DNA of 64,000 nucleotides. Origin: Octopus sinensis (lineage: Eukaryota). Made by a program: the position numbers and the translations under genes. Below the pieces are notes generated by a model. That model ran no database searches. It was not told the origin of the DNA and saw nothing but the letters and a program-made list of their open reading frames with translations. The stretch lies in assembly GCF_006345805.1 (NCBI RefSeq), contig NC_043026.1, forward strand, positions 14,363,579 to 14,427,578. Direction: 5' to 3'. Below, in pieces: positions 60,761-64,000 of the stretch (position 1 is the first letter of the stretch; the number at the start of each line of letters is the position of its first letter).

Positions 60761-63757
60761 GGTGTAGGAGTGGCTGTGTGGTAAGTAGCTTGCTTACCAA
60801 CCGCATGGTTCCGGGTTCAGTCCCACTACGTGGCACCTTGGGCAAATGTCTTGTACTATAGCCTCGGGTCGACCAAAGCCTTGTGAGTGGATTTGTTAGA
60901 TGGAAACTGAAGGAAGCCCATCGTATATATATATGTATATATATGTGTGTGTGCGTGTTTGTGTGTCTGTGTTTGTCTCCCTAGCATTGCTTGACAACCG
61001 ATGCTGGTGTGTTCACGTCCCCATCACTTAGCGGTTCAGCAAAACAGACTGATAGAATAAGTACCAGGCTTACAAAGAATAAGTCCTGGGGTTGATTTGC
61101 TCGACTAAAGGCGGTGCTCCAGCATGGTCACAGTCAAATGACTGAAACAAGTAAAAGAGACCGATAGAATAAGTACTAGGCTTACAAAGAATAAGTCCTG
61201 GGGTCGATTTGCTTGACTACAAAGGCGGTGCTCCGGCATGGCCGCAGTCAAATGACTGAAACAAGTAAAAGAGACTGATAGAATAAGTACTGGGCTTACA
61301 AAGAATAAGTGCTGGGGTCGATTTGCTCGACTAAAAGGCGGTGCTCCAGCATGGCCACAGTCAAATGACTGAAACAAGTAAAAGAGACCGATAGAATAAG
61401 TACTGGGCTTACAAAGAATAAGTCCTGGGGTCGAGTATCTCGACTAAAGGCAGTGCTCCAGCATGGCCACAGTCAAATGACTGAAACAAGTAAAAGAGAC
61501 AGATAGAATAAGTACTGGGCTTACAAAGAATAAGTCCTGCGGTCGAGTTGCTCGACTAAAGGCGGCGCTCCAGCATGGCCACAGTCAAATGACTGAAACA
61601 AGTAAAAGAGACAGATAGAATAAGTACTAGGCTTACAAAGAATAAGTCCTGGGGTTGAGTATCTCGACTAAAGGCGGTGCTCCAGCATGGCCACAGTAAA
61701 ATGACTGAAACAAGTAAAAGAGACCGATAGAATAAGTACTGGGCTTACAAAGAATAAGTCCTGGGGTCGAGTATCTCGACTAAAGGCGGTGCTCCAGCAT
61801 GGCCACAGTCAAATGACTGAAACAAGTAAAAGAGACAGATAGAATAAGTACTAGGCTTACAAAGAATAAGTCCTGGGGTCGAGTTGCTCGACTAAAGGCG
61901 GCGCTCCAGCATGGCCACAGTCAAATGACTGAAACAAGTAAAAGAGACAGATAGAATAAGTACTAGGCTTACAAAGAATAAGTCCTGGGGTCGAGTATCT
62001 CGACTAAAGGCGGTGCTCCAGCATGGCCACAGTCAAATGACTGAAACAAGTAAAAGAGATCGATAGAATAAGTACTGGGCTTACAAAGAATAAGTCCTGG
62101 GGTCGAGTATCTCGACTAAAGGCGGTGCTCCAGCATGGCCACAGTCAAATGACTGAAACAAGTAAAAGAGACCGATAGAATAAGTACTGGGCTTACAAAG
62201 AATAAGTCCTGGGGTCGATTTGCTCGACTAAAGGCGGTGCTCCAGCATGGCCACAGTCAAATGACTGAAACAAGTAAAAGAGACAGATAGAATAAGTACT
62301 GGGCTTACAAAGAATAAGTTCCGGGGTCGATTTGCTCGACTAAAGGCGGCGCTCCAGCATGGCCACAGTCAAATGACTGAAACAAGTAAAAGAGACCGAT
62401 AGAATAAGTACTGGGCTTACAAAGAATAAGTCCTGGGGTCGATTTGCTCGACTAAAAGGCGGTGCTCCAGCATGGCCGCAGTCAAATGACTGAAACAAGT
62501 AAAAGAGACCGATAGAATAAGTACTACTGGGCTTACAAAGAATAAGTCCAGGGGTCGATTTGCTTGACTAAAAGGCGGTGCTCCAGCATGGCCACAGTCA
62601 AATGACTGAAACAGTAAAAGAGACCGATAGAATAAGTACTGGGATTACAAAGAATAAGTCCTGGGGTCGATTTGCTCGACTAAAAGGCGTGCTCCAGCAT
62701 GGCCGCAGTCAAATGACTGAAACAAGTAAAAGAGACCGATAGAATAAGTACTAGGCTTACAAAGAATAAGTCCTGTGGTCGATTTGCTCGACTAAAAGGC
62801 GGTGCTCCAGCATGGCCACAGTCAAATGACTGAAACAAGTAAAAGAGACAGATAGAATAAGTACTGGGCTTACAAAGAATAAGTCTCGGGGTCGATTGGC
62901 GACTAAAAGGCGGTGCTCCAGCATGGCCACAGTCAAATGACTGAAACAAGTAAAAGAGACAGATAGAATAAGTACTGGGCTTACAAAGAATAAGTTCCGG
63001 GGTCGATTTTGCTCTAAAGGCGGCGCTCCAGCATGGCCACAGTCAAATGACTGAAACAAGTAAAAGAGACCGATAGAATAAGTACTGGGCTTACAAAGAA
63101 TAAGTCCTGGGGTCGATTTGCTCGACTAAAAGGCGGTGCTCCAGCATGGCCGCAGTCAAATGACTGAAACAAGTAAAAGAGACCGATAGAATAAGTACTG
63201 GGCTTACAAAGAATAAGTCCAGGGGTCGATTTGCTTGACTAAAAGGCGGTGCTCCAGCATGGCCACAGTCAAATGACTGAAACAAGTAAAAGAGACCGAT
63301 AGAATAAGTACTGGGATTACAAAGAATAAGTCCTGGGGTCGATTTGCTCGACTAAAAGGCGGTGCTCCAGCATGGCCGCAGTCAAATGACTGAAACAAGT
63401 AAAAGAGACCGATAGAATAAGTACTAGGCTTACAAAGAATAAGTCCTGTGGTCGATTTGCTCGACTAAAAGGCGGTGCTCCAGCATGGCCACAGTCAAAT
63501 GACTGAAACAAGTAAAAGAGACAGATAGAATAAGTACTGGGCTTACAAAGAATAAGTCTCGGGGTCGATTTGCTCGACTAAAAGGCGGTGCTCCAGCATG
63601 GCCACAGTCAAATGACTGAAACAAGTAAAAGAGACCGATAGAATAAGTACTGGGCTTACAAAGAATAAGTCCTGGGATTGATTTACTCCATTAAATGCGG
63701 TGCTCCAGCATGGCCACAGTCAAATGACTGAAACAAGTAGAAGAGAGTAAAAGAGAG
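60761..63757 (+). repeat. SINE family A followed by ~24 tandem copies of the same 113-bp segment
   Basis: Head at 60761, array from ~61040; unit boundaries are the same as in the 14672 array. Confidence 0.95.
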
Positions 63758-64000
63758 ATGCACACACCCGTGTGTATGCATTGATGGTTCAACCAACACA
63801 CCAACTCAACTACATATTTTCGAACACCAGCGACTCGTTAGCAACTGGCTTGAGCTCCCTCAAGAACTTAAACGAAACTCAAGGAAACCTACATGCATGT
63901 ATATGCATGTGCATATGCACATATGCATGTGTGTGTACACATGCAAAGGGACAGAGAGAGCGAAAGAGAGAGAGAGATAGGTGTTCAGAGTACTGACGCA

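Overview
Repeat-saturated, AT-rich animal DNA, most consistent with an octopus genome. This is inferred from the tRNA-derived SINE families and the microsatellite load. The only host gene I can support is an MCC (mutated in colorectal cancer)-like gene on the minus strand. It has one strong 114-nt exon (9500-9613) and one probable upstream exon (57060-57213), implying a ~47-kb intron. The rest is layered transposon debris: several SINE families, CR1-, RTE- and Jockey/I-like LINE relics, Penelope-like relics, Tc1/DD37D/pogo/Helitron relics, piggyBac- and hAT-type MITEs, microsatellites and a 100-N gap. Almost all ORFs in the supplied track are artefacts of repeats. The most interesting observations are: (1) minimal type I hammerhead-ribozyme motifs in Penelope-type terminal repeats, one pair in tandem downstream of a GIY-YIG relic; (2) a CR1-like LINE 3' end that matches the tail of the dominant SINE, with the terminal hairpin kept despite sequence change; (3) repeated, independent birth of tandem arrays from pieces of SINEs, a LINE ORF2 and a MITE end, sometimes inside one target-site duplication; (4) several long inverted duplications. 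Family assignments are from recalled motifs, not database searches, and most element boundaries are approximate.
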